Part shown: positions 9,909 to 19,679 of the stretch, in pieces
Position numbering within the stretch: position 1 is the stretch's first letter
Layout: each line of letters begins with the position of its first letter
Assembly (NCBI GenBank): GCA_963799775.1
Contig: CAWCYD010000003.1
Span: forward strand, 1,152,001 to 1,216,000
DNA length: 64,000 nucleotides
DNA from: an uncultured archaeon
GTDB taxonomy: Archaea; Thermoproteota; Nitrososphaeria; Nitrososphaerales; Gagatemarchaeaceae
Direction of reading: 5' to 3'
Program-made: the position numbers and the translations under genes
The notes under the pieces: model-generated
What the model was told of the DNA's origin: nothing
What the model saw: only the letters and a program-made list of their open reading frames with translations
The model's database searches: none

Positions 9909-10610
9909 TTGAGCCGACAGCCATCAGACCACACCGAGAAGCTCGGGAAGGAACTGGCAGCCGGCATCCGTGACGGCGACACGGTCGGGCTGGGGAGCGG
10001 GTCAACGGTCGCGCGGCTGCTCCCGGCGATGGTCAAGGCGATGCGAGACAAAGGCGTGGAGGCGACGTGGGGCCCGACATCGCTCCAGATCCAGGCGGTC
10101 GCCCAGGAGCTGAAGGTCAGGGTGGGCCCGCTCACCACGCCCGACATCGTGAAGGTAGTGGACGGGGCGGACCAGGTGGACAAGAAGCTGAACCTCATCA
10201 AGGGAGGGGGCGGGGCGCTCCTCAAGGAGAAGGTCCTCCTCGGGAGCGCGAAGGACTCTGCGATCGTCGCGGACGAGAAGAAGTTCGTCGAGAAGCTCGG
10301 GATGGGAGACTATCGGGTCCCGATCGAGGTGAGCCAGTTCGCAAGGGAGACGGCGATGGCGAAGCTGAAGAGCAAGGGGAGCAAGGACGTGAAGATCCGC
10401 TTGGACGCGAGGGGATATCCCGCATACTCTGAGAACGGTAACATGCTCTTCGACGCTCTCTTCGCCCCGATAGACAATCCAAGACAGCTGGAGATCGAGC
10501 TCAAGTCGATCCCGGGGGTGCTTGAGGTCGGGATCTTCGTAATCAGGCCCATCACTGTCTATAAGATCAAGCCAGATGCCAGTTACGAAGCGTTGAAATC
10601 CGCTGTCTGA
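9909..10610 (+). CDS. rpiA: Ribose 5-phosphate isomerase A
   Basis: GLGSGST, DGADQVD, IKGGGGALLKEK. Confidence 0.95.
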   Translation: MSRQPSDHTEKLGKELAAGIRDGDTVGLGSGSTVARLLPAMVKAMRDKGVEATWGPTSLQIQAVAQELKVRVGPLTTPDIVKVVDGADQVDKKLNLIKGGGGALLKEKVLLGSAKDSAIVADEKKFVEKLGMGDYRVPIEVSQFARETAMAKLKSKGSKDVKIRLDARGYPAYSENGNMLFDALFAPIDNPRQLEIELKSIPGVLEVGIFVIRPITVYKIKPDASYEALKSAV

Positions 10611-10653
10611 GAACAGCTTTATAACGTGGATTTCGGGCAAGCCTGATTCGAAC

Positions 10654-11082
10654 ATGGGACGAGATCTTGGTTACAAGTCCAAGCCGATCGATCAGGCTTT
10701 CCTCTCCAAGCCTGACGAGTATCCGATTACCGGAGAACACAACGGTCACAAAGTGAGGGCTGCAGGGGTTCAGAGGATGGATGGGGAGGGAAAGCCTCTC
10801 CCAACGGCCCACGGGATACACGGGACCAACACTGCCGTGGACTGGGACGCTTGTATTGCCGATGGCGTCTGCATGGACGTATGTCCTGTCTTCGTATACG
10901 AATGGGCACTAAACACCGGTCAGTCTGGCTCTGGGAAAGATATGGTCCTCGCCCCCAACTCGCCGGATTGGCAGGCCTGGAGGTCTGACAAGTCGGACCC
11001 GGTCAGGGAGAAAGACTGCATCTACTGCATGGCGTGTGAGACTTCCTGTCCTTCGCAATGTATCAAGATCACGCAGCCGTAG
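10654..11082 (+). CDS. zfx: Zinc-containing dicluster ferredoxin (Zfx type)
   Basis: GEHNGH...GIHG extension, CIADGVCMDVCP, KSDP, CIYCMACETSCP. Confidence 0.85.
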   Translation: MGRDLGYKSKPIDQAFLSKPDEYPITGEHNGHKVRAAGVQRMDGEGKPLPTAHGIHGTNTAVDWDACIADGVCMDVCPVFVYEWALNTGQSGSGKDMVLAPNSPDWQAWRSDKSDPVREKDCIYCMACETSCPSQCIKITQP

Positions 11083-11185
11083 AACTCTGGGTCGCCAGGA
11101 CAGCGCTAGGTCTTTCGGGACCGCAGGGCCTTCGTCGACCACGACAAAGTATTTAGCGGCAGAAGAGCGCCTCGTTCTCCGGACC

Positions 11186-11594
11186 TTGGACGAAGATCAA
11201 GAGCTGGCTCTCATCAACGCGCGGAAGCTAGCCGAGATGAAGAGGCGAGCCGAGATAGCTTCAGCCTCGTCCGCCCTCGCAAAGTCCCGACAGTCGAGCA
11301 GGCCGGCCAAGAGCAGCAAGGACGTCCTCGTCGAGGCGCTCTATGACAGGGGAGACGAGGCTCATCGAAGCAGCCTATCAGGCTTATCCCCGACAGACCG
11401 AGATAGTCGTTGACCAGCTCGCGAGGCTCCTGATCCAGAACGGGATGAGTGAGAGGATCTCGGGTGGAGAGCTCTACCAGCTCTTCCGCAACCTTGGGCT
11501 CAGGTTCGCCCTGAAGACGACGATCAAGGTGCAGGACAAGGGGAAGTTCGTCGACCTCAAGGACAAGCTGAAGATGGACATGGAAAAGGGCTGA
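11186..11594 (+). CDS. PDCD5-like dsDNA-binding protein; frameshift near 11359
   Basis: DEDQELALINARKLAEMKRR; AYQAYP...ISGGELYQLFR...TTIKV. Confidence 0.75.
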
Positions 11595-11601
11595 GAAGGC
11601 C

Positions 11602-12390
11602 TTGAGGCTCGTCGAGTTCCCTCAGCTTCCAGGAATCCAGGTCCGAAGCGTCTCCTCGGCCTCGCCCGTCAACCCCGTGCTCGTCTGCGGCCTCCCCGGA
11701 AGCGGCTACGTGGGCAAGCTCGCTGCTGATTACCTCATCAGTTCGTTCAAGGCGAAGAAGCTCGTAGAGTTCTACTCCAGCTCCTTCCCACCCCACGTCA
11801 ACATCGACGAGCGGGGGGTCGCGCTCCGACTAAGGGGCGAACTCCATCATGCCACGACGGGCCAGGCCACCGACCTCCTCGTCTTCACCGCAGATGCCCA
11901 GCCCGCGACCTCGGCGGGCGAGTACGAGCTCTCGGCCGTGGTGCTGGAGGAGGCGAAGAAGCTCAACGCGAGGGAGGTGTTCGCGCTCGCCGCCTACGTC
12001 ACCGGGGGCTTCGTCAAGGGCCGCCGGGTATTCGGAGTCGCGACCTCGAAGGAGCTGATCCCTCGCCTTTCCGACAAAGGCGTGCAGATAATGAAGGAGG
12101 GCGGGATAAGCGGAATGAACGGCGTCATCGTCGGGATGGCGAAGCTGCTCGGGCTGGATGGGATGTCGCTTCTGGGCGAGACGTCGGGCTTCCTGCTAGA
12201 CCCCGCGGCGTCCCATGCGGTGCTGGAAGCCCTCTCAAAGATACTCGGGATCAAGATAGACATGGCTTCGATCGAAGAGAGAGCGAAGGAGGCTCAGCAG
12301 ATACTCAGCCGCGTCCAGGGACTCACCGAACAGAACATCGAAGAGGCAAGGGGCCAGAAGGACGAGACGAGGCCCGGCTACATAGCCTGA
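11602..12390 (+). CDS. PAC2-family proteasome assembly chaperone
   Basis: GLPGSGYVGKLAADYL, LLGETSG, DPAAS, C-terminal GYIA. Confidence 0.88.
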   Translation: MRLVEFPQLPGIQVRSVSSASPVNPVLVCGLPGSGYVGKLAADYLISSFKAKKLVEFYSSSFPPHVNIDERGVALRLRGELHHATTGQATDLLVFTADAQPATSAGEYELSAVVLEEAKKLNAREVFALAAYVTGGFVKGRRVFGVATSKELIPRLSDKGVQIMKEGGISGMNGVIVGMAKLLGLDGMSLLGETSGFLLDPAASHAVLEALSKILGIKIDMASIEERAKEAQQILSRVQGLTEQNIEEARGQKDETRPGYIA

Positions 12391-12413
12391 GACTCGCGCT
12401 GCAAGGCTGGCGC

Positions 12414-13871
12414 TCAGCCCTTGATGTTGCCTATCGGACGAAGCGCCGCGACCTTGAGAGAGATGCCCGCCTGGTGCATGGTCTCTACGACCTCGGAGAT
12501 GTCCTTGTAGGCCATCCCTGCTTCCTCTGCCAGCCCGTCCATCGTGGCGGCCTTGACGTAGATCCCGCGCTTCTCCATGCTCCTTTGGAGCTCGACGCCG
12601 CTGACCTGCCTCTTCGCAGCGGTCCTAGACATGGTCCTTCCCGACCCGTGGGCGGTCGAGCCGAAGGTCTCCTCCATCGCCTTCTTCGTCCCCAGGAGGA
12701 GGTACGAGCCGGTCTCCATCGAGCCGCCGATGATCACGGGCTGTCCGAGCTCACGGTAAGCCTGAGGGATGTCGTGGTGCCCGGGCCCGAAGCTCCTTGT
12801 AGCCCCCTTCCTGTGGACGAGGAGCTCTTTGGAGCTGCCGTCGACCTCGTGCCTCTCGACCTTGGCGATGTTGTGGCAGACGTCGTACACTATCTGCATG
12901 TCCATGCTCTCGGGGTCCTTGTGGAAGACCTGCTTGAACGCCTCGCGGATCCTCTGGACTATCACCTGCCTGTTCGCAAACGCCATGTTGGCCGCGCACG
13001 CCATGGCCCCGTAGTAGTCAGCACCCTCTTTCGAAGAGAACGGGGCGCAGGCAAGCTCCCTGTCGCGGACCGTGATCCCGTACTTTTTCATGGCCGTGTC
13101 GAAGACCCTGAGGTAGTCGGTGCCCACCTGGTGCCCAAAGCCCCTGCTCCCGCAGTGCACCATGACGACGACCTGGTCCTCGTGCACCAGGCCGAAGTGC
13201 TTGGCCAGACCGACGTCGAGGAAACGAGCAGGGTCGACCACCTGCACCTCGCAGTAGTGGTTCCCAGACCCCAGGGTGCCGAGCTGGCTTATCCCCCGGC
13301 TGGACGCCTGCTGACTGACCTTCGAGGGGTCGGCACCCTTGATGTATCCTCCCTCCTCGACCTTCTGGACGTCGTCGTCCCATCCGTAGTCGTTCTCGGC
13401 GCACCACTTGACCCCCCACCTCATGACCTCCTCGAACTGCGGCTGGTTGAGCTTCACGAATCCCTTGACGCCCACACCGGTGGGGATGAGCCGGAAGAGG
13501 AGGTCCACGAGCTCCTTTATCCTCGGTTTCACTTCGGCCAGCCGGAGGTTGGTGCGGACGAGCCTCATGCCGCAATTTATGTCAAACCCGATTCCGCCGG
13601 GAGAGATTACTCCCTTCTCGGGGTCAAACGCAGCCACTCCCCCGATCGGGAAGCCGTATCCCCAGTGCGCGTCTGCCATCGCGTAGGAGTACTTCACTAT
13701 CCCCGGGAGGGATGCGACGTTCGTGACCTGCTCTATGACGCCGTTGTCCATCCCCTCGAGGAGGTGCTTCGTGGCGTAGATCCTGGCCGGGACGTTCATC
13801 CCTTCCTTGAAGGAGGTAGGGATTTCCCAGACCACGTCGGAGATTTGCTTGGCAATCTTTGCATCTGTCAA
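12414..13871 (-). CDS. rtcB: RNA-splicing ligase RtcB
   Basis: DAHWGYGFPIGG, GFDINCG, GSGNHY, HCGSRG, HRKGAT, HGSGR; probable TTG start at 13871 (ORF open to 13919). Confidence 0.97.
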   Translation of the reverse strand: MTDAKIAKQISDVVWEIPTSFKEGMNVPARIYATKHLLEGMDNGVIEQVTNVASLPGIVKYSYAMADAHWGYGFPIGGVAAFDPEKGVISPGGIGFDINCGMRLVRTNLRLAEVKPRIKELVDLLFRLIPTGVGVKGFVKLNQPQFEEVMRWGVKWCAENDYGWDDDVQKVEEGGYIKGADPSKVSQQASSRGISQLGTLGSGNHYCEVQVVDPARFLDVGLAKHFGLVHEDQVVVMVHCGSRGFGHQVGTDYLRVFDTAMKKYGITVRDRELACAPFSSKEGADYYGAMACAANMAFANRQVIVQRIREAFKQVFHKDPESMDMQIVYDVCHNIAKVERHEVDGSSKELLVHRKGATRSFGPGHHDIPQAYRELGQPVIIGGSMETGSYLLLGTKKAMEETFGSTAHGSGRTMSRTAAKRQVSGVELQRSMEKRGIYVKAATMDGLAEEAGMAYKDISEVVETMHQAGISLKVAALRPIGNIKG

Positions 13872-13928
13872 ATTGGGAGAGCGACTTGTCGGCGGGCGCG
13901 GACTAGTGGACTTAAGCATTCTCCGATG

Positions 13929-14390
13929 TCAGATGTCCAGGACGACCGTCGCTTCCCACCAGCCCGGTCTCGCCTTGTCTCTCTTGACGCCGAACATGTG
14001 CATGGTGACAGCCTTCACGTCGTTCCTCAGGGCGTGCCTGGCGCGATCGATCTCCTCGCCACGGAGGACGCAGGTAAGCCTCTGTCCCTTCTTCTTGGGC
14101 GAGATGGAGACGTGGAAGTCTTTGAAGAGCAGCGAGTCGACGTCCTTGATCACAATCAGCTCTGTGAGGAAGTCGTAGAGGAGCCTCTCGATGTCGGGGG
14201 AAGCGAGCTCGATTCTCCTCTCGAGCCGCCCGACCACCGTCCTCCTGTCGACCATCACCTCTGTCAGAGCCCTGCCCGCCGTCTCGAAGAGGCGTGGGAG
14301 CGAGTCCGCTCTGGCGACGAAGGCGATGTCCGCGAGGGCGATGTTGGAGAGGAACCTGAAGCTGGAATGCCTCGCTGCTCTGCCGACCAA
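13929..14390 (-). CDS. Archease
   Basis: ADIAF, DVKAVTMH, C-terminal VVLDI; adjacent to rtcB. Confidence 0.93.
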   Translation of the reverse strand: MVGRAARHSSFRFLSNIALADIAFVARADSLPRLFETAGRALTEVMVDRRTVVGRLERRIELASPDIERLLYDFLTELIVIKDVDSLLFKDFHVSISPKKKGQRLTCVLRGEEIDRARHALRNDVKAVTMHMFGVKRDKARPGWWEATVVLDI

Positions 14391-14491
14391 TGGGCCGCCG
14401 GCGACGCAGGGCCTTTAAGAAGGTGATTCGGTCGTTGCAATCCGCCGATGTGCCCTCTTCTCGCTTCTGGGACGCGAGGACTCTGAGCCCG

Positions 14492-15316
14492 ATGACTGGA
14501 ACCGACCCGAAGGAGACGATCGCTCTGGCTCTGCTCTCGCCGGGACCCGGAGAGGGGAGCCGTCATCCTAACATGAACATGGCGCTGGAGGAGGCCATCT
14601 TTCTGAGGAACGAGGGGCTCGTGGTCAGGGTCTGGGAGAACTCCGAGTCGGTGATAATCGGTCGTGCCCAACTGGCCGAGTTCGAGACGGACGTCGCGTA
14701 CTGTCGCAAGAACGGGATTCCCGTCGTCAGGCGTTTCACGGCGGGAGGGGCCGTCTACAACGGGCCCGGGAACGTCAATTGGTCTGTCTTCGTCGGGAGG
14801 GATGCGGCGGGAGGAGCGTTGAGGTACGACTCGAGCCCGTACGCCATCTTCAGGACCGCATCGGGCCCGATAATCTCGGCGCTCGCCGCACTGGGCGTTG
14901 ATGCGAGACTGAACCCGCCCAACAGCCTCGTGACGGACGAGGGGAAGATATCCGGGATGGCAGCCTATGTCTCGAGGAAGGGCTTCCTCTGCCACGGCAC
15001 TCTGCTGGTCGACGCCGACCTCGAGAGGGTCAAGGCGCTTACCACACCGGCCCGTGATGTCCTGCAAAGGAGGTATACCCGGAGCCGCGATGTCAAGACG
15101 GTCAACGCCGGAGTGGAAGTAGATTCGTTTATTCGCATGCTGGTAGGCACTCTGGGAGAGGAGACGAAGTTGCAGGTGAAAGATAGGCCCCTCCTGAGGA
15201 GCGAGGAAGAGTTGGCGAGGGACCTGGTCGAGAAGAAATACGCTAGGGAAGAGTGGAACCTCGGCGACCCCTTCGAGCCGAGCAGCGAGAGAGCGACCCC
15301 GTCACCTGTGAGTTAG
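14492..15316 (+). CDS. lplA: Lipoate-protein ligase A catalytic subunit (no C-terminal LplB domain)
   Basis: NMALEEA, VRRFTAGGAVY, KISGMA, HGTLL. Confidence 0.85.
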   Translation: MTGTDPKETIALALLSPGPGEGSRHPNMNMALEEAIFLRNEGLVVRVWENSESVIIGRAQLAEFETDVAYCRKNGIPVVRRFTAGGAVYNGPGNVNWSVFVGRDAAGGALRYDSSPYAIFRTASGPIISALAALGVDARLNPPNSLVTDEGKISGMAAYVSRKGFLCHGTLLVDADLERVKALTTPARDVLQRRYTRSRDVKTVNAGVEVDSFIRMLVGTLGEETKLQVKDRPLLRSEEELARDLVEKKYAREEWNLGDPFEPSSERATPSPVS

Positions 15317-15328
15317 GGGAGTTTCGAG

Positions 15329-16547
15329 ATGGAAGACCAGGAAGTCACTCTTGCAGAGATAGAGCGGGCCGCCGCAGTGCTCAAGGGAGTGACCCGGGTG
15401 ACCCCGTTAGACCACTCAAGGACTCTCAGCGAGCTGACCGGAATCGACCTGTATCTGAAGCTAGAGAACTTCCAGAGGGCGGGGTCGTTCAAGATGAGGG
15501 GCGCGTACTACAAGATCCACTCTCTCACAGACTCTGAGAGGAAGCGAGGCGTCGTGGCGGCCTCGGCAGGTAACCACGCGCAAGGTGTCGCGAACGCCGC
15601 GACCTTGCTCGGCGTAAAGTCGACCATCGTCATGCCCGAAGGGGCCTCTCCCGCGAAGATAGATGCGACGAAGGGGTACGGCGCCCGAGTGGTGCTCCAC
15701 GGGGCGAACTTCGAGGACGCCCTCGAGATGGGCAGGCAGATAGCACGCAAGGAGGACGCCACGTTCATCCACGCCTTTGACGACCCGATGGTCGTGGCGG
15801 GACAGGGCACTGCCGGCCTCGAGATGATGCAGGCGGCGCCAGAGCTGGAGACGATCGCGGTGGCGATCGGTGGAGGAGGCCTCATCTCGGGCGTCGCTGT
15901 CGCGGCCAAGAGCATCAAGCCGTCGGTCAAGGTAGTCGGGGTCCAGTCGGAGGCCTTCCCCAGCATGTACATGGCGTTCAAGACTGGCAAGATGGTCCCT
16001 TACAGGCCCAGGAGACCATAGCGGACGGCATCGCCGTCAAGCAGCCCGGGAAGCTGACCTACAAGCTCATCAGGAAGTACGTCGACGACGTGGTCCTGGT
16101 CGGTGATAGCGACATCGCGAGCGCGATCTTCTTCATGCTCGAGAGGATGAAGCTAGTCGCAGAACCCGCGGGGGCAGCCACCGTCGCCGCGTGCATGAAC
16201 GGGCTCGTGAAGGCCAGGGGCGAGATGTGCGCGGCGGTAGTCTCAGGGGGAACATCGACATGTATCTGCTCGACCAGATAGTGACGAAGGTCCTTGAGAA
16301 GCAGCACAGGCTGCTGAGGGTGAGGATTCTCATATCTGACAAGCCCGGAGCGCTGAGGGACATTATCGAGGTGGTGGCCGAGTCGAAGGCCCATGTCATC
16401 AGCATCGAGCACGACAGGGTAGGCGAGGGCGTCCCGATCGGCAAGGCAGAGGTGATATTCAACCTGGAGACTCAGAACGCTCAGCACACCAAGACGTTCA
16501 TCTCTGCGCTGGGCAAGTCAAGGATCAAGTACCGCGTCGAGAGCTGA
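15329..16547 (+). CDS. ilvA: Threonine ammonia-lyase with C-terminal ACT domain; frameshifts near 16012 and 16250
   Basis: KLENFQRAGSFKMRG, ASAGNHAQG, GGGGL, EPAGA, DKPGAL. Confidence 0.92.
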
Positions 16548-16561
16548 GGGACCGGTCTCCC

Positions 16562-17677
16562 TCAGTCCTTCCTGCCGTGGAGCGCCTTGATCTCCACGAG
16601 CGCCCCAGAGAGGGCCCTTATCGAGTCAAGATAGTCGGGGACCTCCACGAACTCCGACTCTGTGTGCCCTAGGTTGGAGTCCGCAGGCCCGTAGGTCACA
16701 CAGGGAGTCCCCATCCTTTCCGCGAGGGTGTTCATGTCGCCGGTGCCGGTCTTGTTCGTCAGGACCGGGCGCGTGTTGAGCGTCTTCAGTATCGAACGCT
16801 GGAACGACCTGACCACGACGGAGTCGAGGGGCGCGTCGTAGGGCTCCGTGAAGCCTTCGAACTCTATCCTCGCCACCACCCCCTCTCGCCCTCGGGCGAA
16901 ACCTTCCACCAACGAGGTCAGTTGCTCCTTGACGGTCGAGGAGTTCATCCCGGGAGGGATCCTGACGTCCAACGTCAAGGTGCAGCGCTTCGGGACGACG
17001 TTCGAGTAAGAACCCCCCCTGATCATTGTGAGGGAGGCGCTTAGGGACTTGTAGTGGTTGCCTTCCACTGTGTTCTTCTTCTCGTACTCCTTGATCAGGC
17101 TCAGGATGCCCAGCGACTCGTCGACGGCGCTGGGATGCGCCCACGAAGAGGAGGCGTGCCCGCCTTGAGTCCCGACCGTGATCCTTGCTGCCGTCCTTCC
17201 TCTGTAGCCAACGGTTACCCTTCCAGCGCCCGCCGGCTCGCCGAAGACCGCGTAGTCGTAGTCGCCCCCCGCGTCTATCAAAGTCTCCACTCCAAGGCTG
17301 TCTCCCTCCTCCCTCGTCACGCAGGCCATCGTGACCTTCATCGGCGTACCCTTGGGCAGGGAGCTGGCGGCCATCAGCATCGCGCACATCGGAGACTTGG
17401 CGTCCGCGGCGCCTCGGCCGTAGACGCGCTGTCCTTCCAACCGCACTTTGAGGAAGCCGGGGACCGTGTCCATGTGGCCGCAGAAAAGGACGTGAGGGCG
17501 GCCGCTCCCCATCTCGCCTATGGCGTTGCCCGCCTTGTCGGTCCTCACGTTCTTGAACCCCATCCGGCGCATCCTCTCACGGAGGAGTTTCGAGAGCTTC
17601 TCCTCCTTCATCGAGACGGAGTAGGTCCGGAGGGTGTCCAGGAGGAGGGCGACCGCTGGGTCGTCGCTGCCTTTCAC
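16562..17677 (-). CDS. lysK: [LysW]-lysine/[LysW]-ornithine hydrolase (M20 family)
   Basis: [26 protein letters not shown]; downstream of lysW-lysX. Confidence 0.9.
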   Translation of the reverse strand: MKGSDDPAVALLLDTLRTYSVSMKEEKLSKLLRERMRRMGFKNVRTDKAGNAIGEMGSGRPHVLFCGHMDTVPGFLKVRLEGQRVYGRGAADAKSPMCAMLMAASSLPKGTPMKVTMACVTREEGDSLGVETLIDAGGDYDYAVFGEPAGAGRVTVGYRGRTAARITVGTQGGHASSSWAHPSAVDESLGILSLIKEYEKKNTVEGNHYKSLSASLTMIRGGSYSNVVPKRCTLTLDVRIPPGMNSSTVKEQLTSLVEGFARGREGVVARIEFEGFTEPYDAPLDSVVVRSFQRSILKTLNTRPVLTNKTGTGDMNTLAERMGTPCVTYGPADSNLGHTESEFVEVPDYLDSIRALSGALVEIKALHGRKD

Positions 17678-17726
17678 CGTCGATGTCCCTCCACTCGCAG
17701 GGAATTCTGGGATGAGCGCAAGAGTC

Positions 17727-18579
17727 TCACCGTTTGGCTAGCGAGGCGAGGTATTCCATGGCCAAGCCGGGGATGTCGATGCCGGTGGCCGGGACCGTGT
17801 TCTTGAACTCTGTCGTGTTGTTCACCTCGTGGCAGACCAACCCCGAGGGAGACTCCATCAGGTCCACTCCTACGAAGTGCCCCTCGACAGCCTTCGCCGC
17901 TTTGCGAGAGATGTCGTCTATCTCCTTTGTTATCTTGCACGGCTCGGCCTTCCCGCCTCTGGCCGTGTTGGTGCGCCAGTCCTCCGCCGAGGTGCGGTAG
18001 ATCGCGGCTATCGTCTTCCCGCCGAGGACGAAGTGCCTGATGTCTCGCGGGGGGCGCTTCACGTATTCCTGGACGTAATAGACGTGGTAGCTCGGGTGCA
18101 TGAACTCCCTGTCCTCGATGATCGCCTTTGCAAAGTCGGGGTGCCTTGAGCTTGGCAGCGAGCCTTCCCCAGCTCCCAACGACCGGTTTCAGGACCGCGG
18201 GGTAGCCCAGGTCCTCCAGCGCTTTGAGCGCGCCTTCTTCGGTGAACGCGACGATGGTCTTGGGCGTTGGGACGCCTGCCTTTGAGAGGGCGAGGCTCCC
18301 GAGGAGCTTGTCGCTGGAGGTTAGCGCCGTGTGGAACGAGTTGATCATCGTGTGACCGAGGTTCTCGAGCAGCGCGGTCGAGTAGATGTTCCTGTAGTGG
18401 CTCACGCACCTCTGGAGGACGAGCTGCTCTTTGATCGGGGACTTTCCGCTCTTGCCGATGGTCAGAGCCATGTCCCTGGAGTCGACCATCGAGAGCTTGA
18501 CGCCCCTCTTCTCGGCCGCCTGCGCGAGTGCTTTCTCTTCCCACCTTATGACATCGTATAGGAGAGCAAGTGAAGCCGT
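17727..18579 (-). CDS. lysX: ATP-grasp LysW ligase (LysX, aminoadipate type); frameshift near 18143; apparent ACG start
   Basis: [48 protein letters not shown]. Confidence 0.9.
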
Positions 18580-18584
18580 GGCCT

Positions 18585-18758
18585 CTACTCGCCCCAGTCC
18601 TCTTGCTCTTTCTCAGCTGGTTTTAGCGTCACGAGCCCGGAGGCTTCGTCCTTCTTTACCTCGTACGAGGCGCCGCAGTCCTTGCAGCTGACAATCTCTC
18701 CGTTTATCGCGTCGCTCGGAATCGTCAGCTGAGCATCGCATTCTTCGCAGTTCGTCAG
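18585..18758 (-). CDS. lysW: Amino-group carrier protein LysW (copy 1), 57 aa, CTG start
   Basis: CEEC...CKDC zinc ribbon, C-terminal EDWGE; GGAGGTGA 4 nt before the CTG; absent from ORF track. Confidence 0.93.
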   Translation of the reverse strand: MTNCEECDAQLTIPSDAINGEIVSCKDCGASYEVKKDEASGLVTLKPAEKEQEDWGE

Positions 18759-18926
18759 GGACTCACCTCCAGGTGCCTTCTTCGAGCGCTCGCCCTCGGA
18801 CGATATTTAACGCTACCTTTTCAGCACCGATTGAATACTCCAAACGAAGACGAACCGCGCTATGGTTGTTAGTTCGTGCGGAAGGCTTCTTAAAAGAGCG
18901 CCGTTCCGTACGCCCGTTGACGAGGT

Positions 18927-19418
18927 GTGAGCGACCGTGACGGTTATCTCGAGCAGATAGCTCGAAGGTTTGAGAGAGAGGGTTTCGCGGTTAGTAGGGC
19001 TGTCGAGTTCGACGGCTATCAGCTCGATGTCTTGGCTGTCAAGACCTCCTTTGAACTGTTCAAATTCGGCAACTTCGCCAGTTTCGTAGGAGGTGCGTGG
19101 ATGGAGGCCGCCGACACGAAAGCGATTCGTGAATTTTCTTCATCATTCACCCAATATGCCCTTGAGAAAGGCCCTCCCTTTCGGGGGTTAGGAGCCGGTC
19201 TTGTCTCGTTCCCCGTAATCGTGTCCCAGGACTTTGACGACGACGTGAAAGAGTGGGTGAGGAGCACGCCAGCTCCGAAGCACTGGGGGGCTGGCGAGTT
19301 TCCCGTTCTTGTCTCGTTGAAGGAGAGACGGATATTCGTCTTGGAGAAGTCGCCCCTGTGGGGCAGGGTTTACTGGGGCGGACTCCGGAAGTTCGCAAGA
19401 AAGCAACTGGCGTTCTGA
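18927..19418 (+). CDS. Hypothetical protein, possibly degenerate restriction-endonuclease-like fold
   Basis: 163-aa ORF with upstream TTAAAA; FEREGFAV...LDVLAVK pattern. Confidence 0.7.
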   Translation: MSDRDGYLEQIARRFEREGFAVSRAVEFDGYQLDVLAVKTSFELFKFGNFASFVGGAWMEAADTKAIREFSSSFTQYALEKGPPFRGLGAGLVSFPVIVSQDFDDDVKEWVRSTPAPKHWGAGEFPVLVSLKERRIFVLEKSPLWGRVYWGGLRKFARKQLAF

Positions 19419-19679
19419 TGACCTTGGTGCCGCAAGGGCTCGACCTTCGGGGGAGGGGTACGTTGATGACCTCCGCGGTGGCGACTAGGCTTCCAGACTA
19501 GAAAGCCAGTTTTTTGCACGGCACTCGTCAATATCCGTTATAGATATATCAAATAATTAACGATGATGATTCCAAAGAGTCGTTATCCTAAGGGTTGAAC
19601 GGAAAGGGGAGCAAAAAGACCCGCCAGCATCTGGACAGCCGTTCTAAAACCCGATGCACGATTTCTCGCAGAGAGAACG

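Noticed and set aside
12474-14426. Long antisense or alternate-frame ORFs (also 558-1568, 2689-4029, 35251-36204)
   Set aside because: Shadow ORFs of high-GC3 genes with no motifs.
18822-18880. Possible LysM box upstream of lysW
   Set aside because: Only a partial match to the recalled Sulfolobus LysM site and no second copy found.
19415-19500. Two TGATGA boxes with hairpins (hammerhead or C/D sRNA?)
   Set aside because: No GAAA after stem II, no CTGA D box, no antisense match to rRNA that I could recognise; first box overlaps a stop codon.
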